Source of the DNA: an uncultured Nitrospiraceae bacterium
GTDB lineage: Bacteria > Nitrospirota > Nitrospiria > Nitrospirales > Nitrospiraceae
Direction of reading: 5' to 3'
DNA length: 64,000 bases
Assembly (NCBI GenBank): GCA_963846575.1
Contig: CAWJWJ010000001.1
Span: 1,056,001 to 1,120,000, forward strand
Of this stretch, positions 10,104 through 19,370 are shown piece after piece (within the stretch, counting starts at the first letter, position 1; each line of letters opens with the position of its first letter). The translations under genes were made by a program, and so were the position numbers. Under the pieces are notes generated by a model, which ran no database searches, was not told the DNA's origin, and saw nothing but the letters and a program-made list of their open reading frames with translations.

Positions 10104-10862
10104 CTAGCCGCGTAGCTTGAGCAGGTCCCGCGCCATGCGAATCCGTCCGGCAAAGTAGTTCCTCGCCTGTCCCTGCACGTCAAACTGTTCGGCAATGGGA
10201 TAAAAATGAGACAGCACGAGCTGGTCGACTCCCGCCTCCTCCGCAACCCGGCCGCAGAGGCCGGCGTGAAGATGTCCCGCACCAGGCCGGTTTTCCGGAA
10301 AGGAACAGTCCAGAATTGCGAGATCTGCGCCGGAGCAGAGCCGAACGAGGCTGTCGCAATACAGGGAATCGCCTGAATAGGTCACGACATGGTCCTGAAA
10401 TTCGATTCGATACCCGACGCAGTGCAGACGGGGCGCGTGGGTGACCGTGGCAGGTTTCACGCGGGTGTCTCCGAGTCGAAAGGCCCGGTCGGAGATTTCG
10501 CGAATCGTGACGCGAAACGGAGCCTTATCGAAACTCGGAAATGTCGTGAGCATGGCCTGTATCAACCGTCTCGTCCCGCGCGGTCCGATCAAAGTCAGCG
10601 GCGGTCTGGTGCCACCTTGATATTTGCAGAAAATGACCGCGTCGAAGAAGAACGGGATGAAGTCGGCGAAATGGTCCGCGTGGAAATGGGAAAAGAGAAT
10701 GTGCGTGATGCGGTGGCGGTCGATGCCGGTCTTGATCAGGTTGGAGAGGGTGCGAGGACCGAAGTCGAGCAGGAACGTATGGTCGGTTTCAATCAGGTAT
10801 CCGGCCGCGGCCCTGGTGGGGTGAACGTTGGTCCCGGACCCCAGGACGGTCACCCGAATCAT
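10104..10862 (-). CDS. Metallo-beta-lactamase-fold hydrolase, RNase Z/AtsA-like
   Basis: VLGSG, SHFHADH, YSGDS and LSHFYP motifs. Confidence 0.88.
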   Translation of the reverse strand: MIRVTVLGSGTNVHPTRAAAGYLIETDHTFLLDFGPRTLSNLIKTGIDRHRITHILFSHFHADHFADFIPFFFDAVIFCKYQGGTRPPLTLIGPRGTRRLIQAMLTTFPSFDKAPFRVTIREISDRAFRLGDTRVKPATVTHAPRLHCVGYRIEFQDHVVTYSGDSLYCDSLVRLCSGADLAILDCSFPENRPGAGHLHAGLCGRVAEEAGVDQLVLSHFYPIAEQFDVQGQARNYFAGRIRMARDLLKLRG

Positions 10863-11317
10863 AAAACCGGCGCTCCCTGGAAGCTCTGCCGCAGACGCAG
10901 CAGCAACGTGCGCAATTGATCGGCCTCAGCCGCGGTGAGCGCGCGTTCGAAATAGGGACGAAGAAACGCGATGTGCGCGACGAAGGTTTTCCGGAACAGG
11001 CGGTCACCCTTATCGGTAAGATGGATGCGAGTGCTCCGCCGGTCGGCCGCCACCGGGATCCGCCTGATCAATCCCTTGGCCGCCAGGCGGTCAAGCACGC
11101 CGGTCAGTGTTCCCTTCGTCACGAGCGTGGCGGCTGATAATTCGGCGCAGGTCAGGCCTTCGGTATCGCCTAATGTCGCAATCACGTCGAATTGCGACGG
11201 CGTGAGTCGCAAGGAACGCACATGCCGGCTGTCTGCGCGCCAGAAGGCAAGATAGGCCTCGACCAATGGGCGCAGAACTTTGAGATGCGGATCATCTTTA
11301 AGGTGGGGGATTTCCAC
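10859..11317 (-). CDS. MarR family transcriptional regulator
   Basis: LTPSQFDVI..ELS..LTGVLDRLAAKGLI..DRRS..LTDKG winged helix; 4-bp overlap with the MBL hydrolase. Confidence 0.92.
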   Translation of the reverse strand: MEIPHLKDDPHLKVLRPLVEAYLAFWRADSRHVRSLRLTPSQFDVIATLGDTEGLTCAELSAATLVTKGTLTGVLDRLAAKGLIRRIPVAADRRSTRIHLTDKGDRLFRKTFVAHIAFLRPYFERALTAAEADQLRTLLLRLRQSFQGAPVL

Positions 11318-11326
11318 TGTGGCCGC

Positions 11327-11356
11327 AGCCTAGTCATCGCGTCGGGTGGCTGTCAA
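11327..11356 (-). promoter_or_regulatory. sigma70-type promoter for marR (TTGACA-18-TAGGCT)
   Basis: Motif on the minus strand; 9 nt between -10 and the GTG start. Confidence 0.55.
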
Positions 11357-11376
11357 GAGTTCACGCGGGGGTTGCG

Positions 11377-11406
11377 TTGACGCCACGAGGACTGTCCCCC
11401 TATCAT
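11377..11406 (+). promoter_or_regulatory. sigma70-type promoter for the HEAT-repeat gene (TTGACG-18-TATCAT)
   Basis: Motif match; back-to-back with the marR promoter. Confidence 0.55.
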
Positions 11407-11416
11407 GTCGCCTGCC

Positions 11417-12049
11417 ATGCGTCGCGATCCACAATCCGGCCAAGCGAATCTGACCGCCATATTCTTTGTGCTGGGCCTCGTCGTGTCCGGTGTCTGGATC
11501 TGGAAACGGCTGTCGCCGGATCTCCAGGATCTTATCATCGACCAGGCACTGCCCTTGGCCGCGCTGGGGCTGGTCATCCTGGCGGCGATCTGGATTCTCG
11601 CCGGCAAGGTCAGAAAGATCCTGCGTCGTCGCCAACAGCGCGCCCGATTGATTCTCCTGTGGGAGAAGCAGACCTCACAGCAGAAGCGGCTGCAGCTGGC
11701 CTTCGCGATGATCGAAGTGAATGACTACCGTCGCGCGGGCCTGGAGGCGATTGCGCCGAAGTTGCAGGAATTATTCGTGACGACAATGCAGCGCGCTTTG
11801 GGAGACAAACAACATCAGGTGCGAGGGATGGCGGCCAGCCACTTGGGGGTGATCGGCGATGCGGCCGCCGTGACGCATCTGCTGGCGGCCCTGGAAGATG
11901 ACCATGCCTACGTGCGCTCCAGCGCGGCGCTGGGCCTCGGACGGATGCGTGCGGCCGCTGCGAAAGACAAATTGGCCTATGTCAGCAAGGAGGATTGGGA
12001 CCAAACCGTGCGGAGCAGAGCGCGTGAGGCGTTGGAACGCATTCGATGA
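11417..12049 (+). CDS. Membrane-anchored HEAT-repeat protein
   Basis: Two N-terminal TM segments, then LxDxxxxVRxxAAxxLG repeats; ATG 11405 lies inside the -10 box, so 11417 is preferred. Confidence 0.82.
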   Translation: MRRDPQSGQANLTAIFFVLGLVVSGVWIWKRLSPDLQDLIIDQALPLAALGLVILAAIWILAGKVRKILRRRQQRARLILLWEKQTSQQKRLQLAFAMIEVNDYRRAGLEAIAPKLQELFVTTMQRALGDKQHQVRGMAASHLGVIGDAAAVTHLLAALEDDHAYVRSSAALGLGRMRAAAAKDKLAYVSKEDWDQTVRSRAREALERIR

Positions 12050-12083
12050 CGCCATGGACCAAAGGAGGAATGCGAGGGACCGG

Positions 12084-12917
12084 TCAGGCGGTCCAGTCAA
12101 GAACGACCAGCTCAGGCGTGCAATTGAGACGAACGGGAAGGACCGACCAACCGAGACCGCGATTCACGTAGAGACGGTGGTGGCCGTTGCTGTAGAAACC
12201 GTGGGTTCGGCCGTGGCAGCCGGGCGGCAGCCAGAAGGTCGGGATATGGGGAATCCGCCACTGCCCTGCATGGCTATGGCCGCAGAGCGTGAGGTCGACA
12301 TGATGTTCAGGCATCAGTTGATCAAGAATATTGGGGGCGTGGGCCAGGACAAGCGTGAAGCGTCCGGGCTGCCGGGAAGGCACACAGCTGAGGTCCGCGC
12401 GGTGGAGTGAGGGGTCGTCTAGTCCGACGATCGCCAGTTCCCCTGCTTCCATGGGGAGGAACGTCACCTGGTTAATCAGCAGGGTCACTTTGCGACGGTC
12501 GAATTGTTCGACGAACTCATCGATGGGGACGCCACTGTAGTGATCGTGATTGCCGAGAGTGACGAAGACCGGAGCAAGCCGCCGTAGTTCAGTAAGAAAG
12601 CGAAGGACATGCGGTAGGCCGTCTCGAACATTCAGGAGATCGCCGGTGATGAAGATCCAGTCTGGCGCCAAACCGGCAATGCGGCGGACGAGCGTGCGAT
12701 GTCGTGGGCGGTATCGGTCCAGATGTAAGTCACTCAAGTGTATGGCGCGACGCCCGGCCAAAGGAGCATGCACAAGGGGAAGGTGCGTGACGGCGGGAGA
12801 AGACAGGCCGACTTCGAAGCCAGGCACCAGGTTGAACAGATGGTGGAAAGGGCGGCCAAGCCAGTGGCCGATCCCGACACGCGCCAATTCCTGCCACCGG
12901 ACAAGCCTTGCGATCAC
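12084..12917 (-). CDS. Calcineurin-like metallophosphoesterase (YkuE-like)
   Basis: SDLH, TGD, GNHD, LAH and GHSH motifs. Confidence 0.9.
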   Translation of the reverse strand: MIARLVRWQELARVGIGHWLGRPFHHLFNLVPGFEVGLSSPAVTHLPLVHAPLAGRRAIHLSDLHLDRYRPRHRTLVRRIAGLAPDWIFITGDLLNVRDGLPHVLRFLTELRRLAPVFVTLGNHDHYSGVPIDEFVEQFDRRKVTLLINQVTFLPMEAGELAIVGLDDPSLHRADLSCVPSRQPGRFTLVLAHAPNILDQLMPEHHVDLTLCGHSHAGQWRIPHIPTFWLPPGCHGRTHGFYSNGHHRLYVNRGLGWSVLPVRLNCTPELVVLDWTA

Positions 12918-13564
12918 TCCATCACCCGATTCAAGCGGTCCTTGTCGGCGGTCGTGACTCGATACCCTTGATCGTACAACTTGCCCATGCCGTTCATCAG
13001 GGCTTCCATACCTCGGGAGCTGTGCAAGGCATCGAACGTCGCCGTCAGAGAGACCAGGTGCGCATCGGCACCGAGCGAAGGCTCTGACGAGAGGTCCAGG
13101 GCGAGGAGGACGTCGTGAAGTTCACGGCTGTTATAGAGGGAATTATCGTCGCCATCGCCGACCAGGGCAAACTCGTAAAAAGTCAGACTGAGAGACAGAA
13201 GGGCTTGTGTGCGCTGGAAGTCGGTCCGGACGGCGTCGATTCCTTCCGGATAGCGCGAGCGGCAGTCCGATGCATCGGTGGCAGCCAAAAGTGAGCCGGA
13301 TCCCTCGCTCCAGGCGATACGCTGCACTTCGGGAGGCGCTGGTCTCTGGCGCTGCTGTTTATAAAACCAGTTCATACATTGGCTGGCGGTGGCAAAGGCC
13401 TGCTTGTCGGTGTCGGCTTGTCGGTGGATATGCTGAGTGAAACGGCTGAAGATATCGATACCGGTCGACTGTGGAGCCGCCATCGGTGAGGACACGAACG
13501 CGACCGTGATGGAGCAGAACAAGGCCCAGCCGGCAAGAGGTGTATAGGGGATTCTGGTCTGCAT
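12914..13564 (-). CDS. Exported hypothetical protein with an EF-hand-like loop
   Basis: Signal peptide; DGDDNSLYNSRE loop; 4-bp overlap with the phosphoesterase. Confidence 0.7.
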   Translation of the reverse strand: MQTRIPYTPLAGWALFCSITVAFVSSPMAAPQSTGIDIFSRFTQHIHRQADTDKQAFATASQCMNWFYKQQRQRPAPPEVQRIAWSEGSGSLLAATDASDCRSRYPEGIDAVRTDFQRTQALLSLSLTFYEFALVGDGDDNSLYNSRELHDVLLALDLSSEPSLGADAHLVSLTATFDALHSSRGMEALMNGMGKLYDQGYRVTTADKDRLNRVME

Positions 13565-13678
13565 CGGGTTCGCTCAGAATGAGTGTCGGATCCCAGCAAG
13601 GCCTAGAAAGAGTATAACACGGTTGAGTGCCCTGCCTATCCGGGGTCCGTAATTGATACCTATCATGAACGAGAAGGA

Positions 13679-14743
13679 ATGCTCATGACAACCTTGTCCT
13701 GGCTCGATGAAAAGTTACCCTACCTCACCGCTGCCATCCCGCCCCTCGGCGGACGAATTCGCAGCACCCCCGATGATTTTTGCGTCGAGGAACGCCCACT
13801 CTATTTACCCTGCGGGCAAGGGGAGCATTTATACATTCGAGTCACCAAACGAGGCTTGTCCACGCCGGATCTCCTCCTGCGGCTGTCGTCCCAGTTCCGC
13901 GTGAGAGCCCAATCCATCGGGGTCGCCGGGCTGAAGGATGCCCAGGCTGTGACCACGCAAATGATTTCATTACAGGGGGTGAAGGAGGAAGTCGTGGCGG
14001 GGTTGTCCACTGACGAGCGTCTACTTTCCTTCGAGATATTGGGTCGCCACCGCAACCGACTCCGTAAGGGACACCATGCAGGCAATCATTTCCGGTTGGT
14101 GATACGGGATGTCAGCAATGAAGCGGCAGACTCTCTCGAGCCTCTGTTCGACGTGCTGCTACGCCGCGGGATTCCCAACTATTTCGGTCCTCAACGGCAG
14201 GGGAGATCGGGGACGAATTTTCAGTTGGGGGCCGAGCTGTTACAAGATGTTTCCCGCCGCAACAAGCTGAGCCGCGACAAGCGGATGTGGTTCATGAATT
14301 CCTATCAATCCCATGTGTTCAACCAGATCCTTGCCAAGCGGATCGATAGTATCGATCGGGTGTCTCTCGGCGACTGGGCCATGAAAACGGAGAATGGGGC
14401 CTGTTTTCCCGTGGAGCAGCCTGATGTGGAGCAGTTGCGAGCCGACCGGTTCGAGATCAGTCCCACCGGTCCGCTCTTCGGTTCGCGCGCGCCATGGGCC
14501 ACGGGAGTCCCGGGCGACGTTGAGAAGTCCGTGATTGCAGACCTCGGGACCACACCGGAGGCCCTGTCGCAAGCCGGCGCCGATTGTGGATTCCGGGGAG
14601 AACGGCGCGCCCTGAGGGTCCGCCTCAACGATCTCACCTGGTCCCTCGACGGCTCTGTCTTGACCCTGGCGTTCTGGCTGCCTCCCGGTTCCTACGCCAC
14701 CAGCCTGCTCCGGGAAATCGTGAAAACCCACACCTCCTCATAG
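13679..14743 (+). CDS. truD: tRNA pseudouridine(13) synthase
   Basis: DFCVEE, GEHLY, AGLKDAQAVTTQ, GNHF, PNYFGPQR and LPPGSYATSLLRE motifs. Confidence 0.95.
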   Translation: MLMTTLSWLDEKLPYLTAAIPPLGGRIRSTPDDFCVEERPLYLPCGQGEHLYIRVTKRGLSTPDLLLRLSSQFRVRAQSIGVAGLKDAQAVTTQMISLQGVKEEVVAGLSTDERLLSFEILGRHRNRLRKGHHAGNHFRLVIRDVSNEAADSLEPLFDVLLRRGIPNYFGPQRQGRSGTNFQLGAELLQDVSRRNKLSRDKRMWFMNSYQSHVFNQILAKRIDSIDRVSLGDWAMKTENGACFPVEQPDVEQLRADRFEISPTGPLFGSRAPWATGVPGDVEKSVIADLGTTPEALSQAGADCGFRGERRALRVRLNDLTWSLDGSVLTLAFWLPPGSYATSLLREIVKTHTSS

Positions 14744-14969
14744 GCCCGGGGCAGTCCGGGGAGCGTCTGTATTCGACGGAGTCCCAGAGCAGGATCGTCC
14801 GCCGTTCTCCGGCCACCGCATGGTTGGGTGCCATCAGCATGCCCTGATCATCGTGTGCTCCGTGCGGTGTGAAGGTTCGGAGAGACTCGCAGTTTTGTGT
14901 CTTCCATGTCTCATATTTTCCGGCGGATGGTAGAATCTGAGGAAAGGCGAGCAGCGGGTTGGAGGGAGG

Positions 14970-16220
14970 ATGGGCATGGCAGAATCGCAAGAAACCGTTT
15001 TTCTACAGGGTCACATCATCGATTCCTTGATCCTGGCAAAAGTCCTGGACAGGATCTTGATGATGGGCGGTACCTTCGACCTGCAAGATGTGAAAATCGG
15101 AGCCACCAGGGAATCTACGTCCCAGGCGCGGATCGTCGTGCGGGCTCCCTCAAGCCGGGTACTCGCAGAGATTCTGCAGGCGATCCAGCCTCATGGCGCT
15201 GCCATCGAGCGGGAAGAGGATTGTCGACTCGAGGCCGCTCCGTCCGCCGGCGTATTTCCCGAAGAATTTTATGCGACGACGCATCTGCCGACTCACGTTC
15301 GACTCGAGGGCGAGTGGGTGGAAGTCGAAGGCATGGAAATGGACCTTGGGATCGCCGTCGATCCGGCCAAAACGCACGCTCGGACCGTTTCAATGGGCGC
15401 CGTGAAGGCGGGCGAACTGATTGTGACGGGCCGGGACGGCATCAGGGTGATGCCGCTCGGCCGCCCCACCGAGCGCGACGTGTTTGGATTCATGGAATCC
15501 GTGGTGTCGTCGGAACGTCCACATCAGCCGGTCATCGTGGACATCGCGAGGCGAATGCAGAAGTTGCGCGAACGGCATCGGGAAGGGCGCGCCGGAGCCA
15601 AAGTGTTATTGGCTGGCGGGCCGGCCATCGTCCATGCGGGAGGTCGAGACGCATTGGCCTGGTTGGTGGACCAGGGCTATGTGCAGGTGTTGTTCTGCGG
15701 GAATGCGCTGGCCGCTCATGACATGGAAGCCGGCCTGTATGGCACGTCACTCGGGTACGGATTGGCGGCGGGCCGCTCGGTGCCGCATGGTCACGAGCAC
15801 CATCTCAGGACCATCAACCGGATTCGCGCCATCGGCAGCATTCAAGCGGCGGTGGACGCGGGCGTCGTCACCGACGGGATCATGGCGGCATGCGTCCGGC
15901 GCAAGGTGAAGATGGTCATGGCCGGAACCATTCGGGACGATGGCCCGTTGCCGGGTGTCGTGACGGATTCGATGGAGGCCCAGCAAGCGATGCGCAAGGA
16001 AATACATGGCGTCGGGTTTGCCCTGCTGGTTGCTTCGACCCTCCATGCGATCGCCACCGGCAACTTGCTGCCAGCCACCATCCCCACCGTCTGTGTCGAT
16101 GTCAATCCGGCTGTGCCGACGAAACTGGCCGACCGGGGGAGCTTTCAGGCAGTGGGGCTCGTCATGGATGCGGCCTCATTTCTCACCGAACTCGCGCGTG
16201 AACTGGGGTGGCGTCGATGA
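14970..16220 (+). CDS. TIGR00300-family protein, ornithine cyclodeaminase-like (C-terminal part of ArgZ/AgrE; LOR/SDH-like N-terminus)
   Basis: GHIIDS, FYATT, MEMD, FGFMESVVSSER, GNALAAHD, GTIRDDGPLP, LHAIATGN and KLADRGS motifs; GGAGG RBS. Confidence 0.88.
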   Translation: MGMAESQETVFLQGHIIDSLILAKVLDRILMMGGTFDLQDVKIGATRESTSQARIVVRAPSSRVLAEILQAIQPHGAAIEREEDCRLEAAPSAGVFPEEFYATTHLPTHVRLEGEWVEVEGMEMDLGIAVDPAKTHARTVSMGAVKAGELIVTGRDGIRVMPLGRPTERDVFGFMESVVSSERPHQPVIVDIARRMQKLRERHREGRAGAKVLLAGGPAIVHAGGRDALAWLVDQGYVQVLFCGNALAAHDMEAGLYGTSLGYGLAAGRSVPHGHEHHLRTINRIRAIGSIQAAVDAGVVTDGIMAACVRRKVKMVMAGTIRDDGPLPGVVTDSMEAQQAMRKEIHGVGFALLVASTLHAIATGNLLPATIPTVCVDVNPAVPTKLADRGSFQAVGLVMDAASFLTELARELGWRR

Positions 16221-17017
16221 GCCGGCTGCTGGTGTGTCCTCCCGACTATTTTCGGATCGATTATGAAATCAATCCCTGGATGCGGCGCACGAACGCAGTA
16301 GACCCGGCGCGGGCCGTCAGCCAATGGCACGGGTTGATGGAGGTCTTGGCGCACGATGTCGGGGCAGCCCTGGAACAGATGCGGCCTGTGGAAGGGCTGC
16401 CGGATATGGTCTTCACGGCCAACGCTGGTGTGGTGGTCGGTCGCCGCGCCTTGGTGAGCCGGTTCCGGCACCCCGAGCGGCAACGGGAGGAAACCTTCTT
16501 CGAACAGTGGTTTCGCGAGCAGGGTTATGAGGTGCTGACGCTCGACAAAACCCTCTATTTCGAAGGGGCCGGCGACCTCTTGGGGTTTCAGGAGACGTGG
16601 TTCGGCGGATACAGGCAGCGCTCGGACATTCGGGCGTTTCCTCAACTGGGCGAGATCTTCAAACAGGAAATCATTCCACTCGAATTGATCGACAGTCGAT
16701 TTTATCATTTGGATACCTGCTTCTGCCCTCTCAGCGGCGGAGAACTGCTCTACTTCCCCGCGGCGTTCGACGCCTATGGCCAGACGGCGATTGCACAACG
16801 AATCCCGGACGCCCTCCGCCTGATCGTGCCCGAGGACGAGGCGTTGCGATTTGCCTGTAATGCCGTCTGTGTGGGGAAACAGGTGGTGATTCCGTCCGGA
16901 TGCCCTCGTACGACCAGGCTCCTGGAGGCCTGCGGTTATCGTGTACATGCCGTGAATCTGGACGAGTTCATGAAGTCCGGCGGCGCAGCCAAGTGCTTGA
17001 CGCTCGCCCTCGACTGA
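16217..17017 (+). CDS. Amidinotransferase/DDAH-family enzyme, arginine dihydrolase (ArgZ/AgrE N-terminal domain)-like
   Basis: YEINPWM, PDMVFTANAG, FEGAGD, FYHLDT and GGAAKCLTL (Glu/His/Cys triad); ATGA overlap with the upstream gene. Confidence 0.88.
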   Translation: MSRLLVCPPDYFRIDYEINPWMRRTNAVDPARAVSQWHGLMEVLAHDVGAALEQMRPVEGLPDMVFTANAGVVVGRRALVSRFRHPERQREETFFEQWFREQGYEVLTLDKTLYFEGAGDLLGFQETWFGGYRQRSDIRAFPQLGEIFKQEIIPLELIDSRFYHLDTCFCPLSGGELLYFPAAFDAYGQTAIAQRIPDALRLIVPEDEALRFACNAVCVGKQVVIPSGCPRTTRLLEACGYRVHAVNLDEFMKSGGAAKCLTLALD

Positions 17018-17037
17018 TATCCATCGCACTGTCCCGC

Positions 17038-17394
17038 CTATCGCGTACGAAAAAGAAACGACAGATAGAGTCCCGCAATGGCCGTCGTGCTGAGTTCAAT
17101 TGTGAGCAGCAGACGGCTGATGATCGCATCCGGTTGCGGTGGCGAGAGTATGAAATGGAAGCCGAGAAATTCGGCCGGCTGCGAAGGAGGGGATTCCCAG
17201 GGAGGCATCAGGAGCAACACGATGAGCACGGTCACCATGCCGTACAGAATGTTCAGGTTCAACTGTTCCTTCGAAGGCGCATTACTTCCTGCATGCGCCA
17301 CGGGCGGGACGTGAGCGTCCAGTGCGGTTCCGCATCGCGTACAGTACCGGTTGATTTCGGGGAGCGCCGATCCGCAGGAGGGACATGATTTCAT
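17038..17394 (-). CDS. Zinc-ribbon domain membrane protein
   Basis: CPSCG-x9-CTRCG followed by two TM segments. Confidence 0.8.
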   Translation of the reverse strand: MKSCPSCGSALPEINRYCTRCGTALDAHVPPVAHAGSNAPSKEQLNLNILYGMVTVLIVLLLMPPWESPPSQPAEFLGFHFILSPPQPDAIISRLLLTIELSTTAIAGLYLSFLFRTR

Positions 17395-17505
17395 ATCATA
17401 TGATATCCGATGAATGGCGTAGCCTAGCGCGAGTGAAGCCGGAATTCCAGCGTCAAGAGGCACTCCACCTCCGGTGAAACGCACGCAGTCCTGCGTATCG
17501 ATTCG

Positions 17506-17535
17506 TTGACAGGTTTCAAAGCCCCTTCCTATAAT
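17506..17535 (+). promoter_or_regulatory. Perfect-consensus sigma70 promoter (TTGACA-18-TATAAT), 8 nt before the gpsA ATG
   Basis: Exact hexamers; no SD sequence. Confidence 0.8.
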
Positions 17536-17543
17536 CCGCGTCC

Positions 17544-18569
17544 ATGACGGCGTCGACTATTCAACAGGTAGCAGTTATTGGGGCGGGAGCCTGGGGGACC
17601 GCGTTGGCCCGGCACCTGGCCGCGAAGGAGATTCCCGTTCGATTGTGGGCGTATGAACCTGAGGTTGTCCACGGGATAGAACGCCGGCGCGAGAACCACG
17701 TGTTTTTGCCCGGTGTCCCGCTTCCCGCGACATTGTCCGCGACAAACAGCCTTCCGGACGCCCTGGCGGGAGTCGATTGCCTGGTGTTTGCCGTGCCCTC
17801 CCATGTGGCCAGGCCGGTCTTGCGGCAGCTCGCTGCACTTGTGCCTCAGACGATTCCCCTGGTCAGTGCCACGAAAGGAATTGAAGAAGGCACCCTCGAG
17901 CTGATGTCGCAGGTCATGCGCGACATGCTCCCTGCACATATGCATGAAGCAGTACTGGTTTTGTCGGGGCCGAGTTTCGCGGCGGAAGTCAGCCGCGGGC
18001 AACCGACTGCTCTCTGTCTTGCCGGACAAAATGCCGGAGTCGTGAAGACGATCCAGAGTCTCTTCATGACGCCGAATTTCAGAGTCTATGCGGACGATGA
18101 CCTGATCGGCGTGCAACTGGGCGGCGCGTTGAAAAATGTGATGGCCTTGGCCGCCGGGGTGGTCGATGGGCTCGAACTCGGGCATAACGCCCGTGCCGCG
18201 CTCATTACCCGGGGGTTGACCGAGATGGTTCGGTTGGGAGTGGCGATGGGCGCCGACGCGCGCACCTTTTACGGACTGTCCGGCATGGGTGATCTTGTCC
18301 TCACCTGCACGGGGCCCTTGAGCCGTAATCACTCGGTAGGGGTGCGCCTGGGCAAGGGGGAACGCCTGGAGGCCATCCTGACCGGCATGCAGGCGGTGGC
18401 GGAAGGGGTGCGAACGGCGAAGGCGGCGTGGGGCCTTGCCCGGCGCTGCGGGGTGGATATGCCGATTGTCCGTGAAGTGAATGCGGTGCTCTTTGATGAC
18501 AAATCGTGCCGTCAGGCCGTAGGAGATCTTATGGAACGCGAAGCCAAGGAGGAGAAGAGCCTGTCATGA
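17544..18569 (+). CDS. gpsA: NAD(P)H-dependent glycerol-3-phosphate dehydrogenase
   Basis: GAGAWGTALA, ATKGIE, LSGPSFA, GGALKN and GDLVLTC..SRN motifs. Confidence 0.96.
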   Translation: MTASTIQQVAVIGAGAWGTALARHLAAKEIPVRLWAYEPEVVHGIERRRENHVFLPGVPLPATLSATNSLPDALAGVDCLVFAVPSHVARPVLRQLAALVPQTIPLVSATKGIEEGTLELMSQVMRDMLPAHMHEAVLVLSGPSFAAEVSRGQPTALCLAGQNAGVVKTIQSLFMTPNFRVYADDDLIGVQLGGALKNVMALAAGVVDGLELGHNARAALITRGLTEMVRLGVAMGADARTFYGLSGMGDLVLTCTGPLSRNHSVGVRLGKGERLEAILTGMQAVAEGVRTAKAAWGLARRCGVDMPIVREVNAVLFDDKSCRQAVGDLMEREAKEEKSLS

Positions 18570-19348
18570 ATGTGGATCAGCTGCAGGTCTTGCTCACTCA
18601 GGTTCAACGCGGGAAGCTCGACATCCCGGAGGCGCTGCATCAATTGCGGATGTTGCCGTACGAAAATCTTGGATTTGCGTCCCTCGACCACCATCGAGCC
18701 CTTCGCCAGGGATTTCCGGAAGTCATTTTTTGTGAAGGGAAAACCGAACGACAGGTCGTGGCCATTGCCAAAACCCTGCTCCGCAGGACAAATTCGCTGC
18801 TGGCGACGCGTGTGGAGCCCTCCGTCGCGCGGGCGCTGGTTCGAATCAGCAAACGAGCGGTCTACCATGAGGCGGCGCGAGTCGTCGCCATAGTGCCACC
18901 TAAACTGGTCCGCCGCGGTTCGGTCTTGATCGTGACGGCCGGCACCGCTGATATTCCCGTGGCGGAAGAGGCGCGCGTTACAGCCGACATCATGGGGAGC
19001 CGGACTGACACGCTGTATGATGTGGGCGTGGCCGGATTACATCGGCTGCTTGCGCAGCAGCAGCGGTTGCATGACGCCCGAGCCCTGGTGGTGGTGGCCG
19101 GCATGGATGGCGTGCTTCCAAGCGTTGTCGGCGGCCTGGTGCGTCAACCGGTCATCGCCGTGCCGACGAGCCGGGGGTATGGCGCCAGTTTCGGCGGTCT
19201 GGCCGCGCTGTTGACCATGTTGAATTCCTGTGCGGCGGGGGTGGGAGTCATGAACATTGACAACGGCTTCGGGGCCGGGTGCATGGCGCATCGGATCAAT
19301 ATGATAGGCGAAGAGTCAGGGATTTCGACGACCGGGCGGAGTCGCTGA
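18566..19348 (+). CDS. larB: Nickel-pincer cofactor biosynthesis protein LarB (PurE/AIR carboxylase-like)
   Basis: DHHRALRQGFPEVIF, AGTADIPVAEEA, DVGVAGLHRL, PTSRGYG and NIDNGFGA motifs; ATGA overlap with gpsA. Confidence 0.92.
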   Translation: MNVDQLQVLLTQVQRGKLDIPEALHQLRMLPYENLGFASLDHHRALRQGFPEVIFCEGKTERQVVAIAKTLLRRTNSLLATRVEPSVARALVRISKRAVYHEAARVVAIVPPKLVRRGSVLIVTAGTADIPVAEEARVTADIMGSRTDTLYDVGVAGLHRLLAQQQRLHDARALVVVAGMDGVLPSVVGGLVRQPVIAVPTSRGYGASFGGLAALLTMLNSCAAGVGVMNIDNGFGAGCMAHRINMIGEESGISTTGRSR

Positions 19349-19370
19349 AGAGAAGAGATGTCTGCCGGGG

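Noticed and set aside
14744..14969. Small ORF or ncRNA between truD and the TIGR00300 gene
   Set aside because: Only short frames without SD or motifs; the region is explained by an extended -10 (TGgTAGAAT) and an RBS
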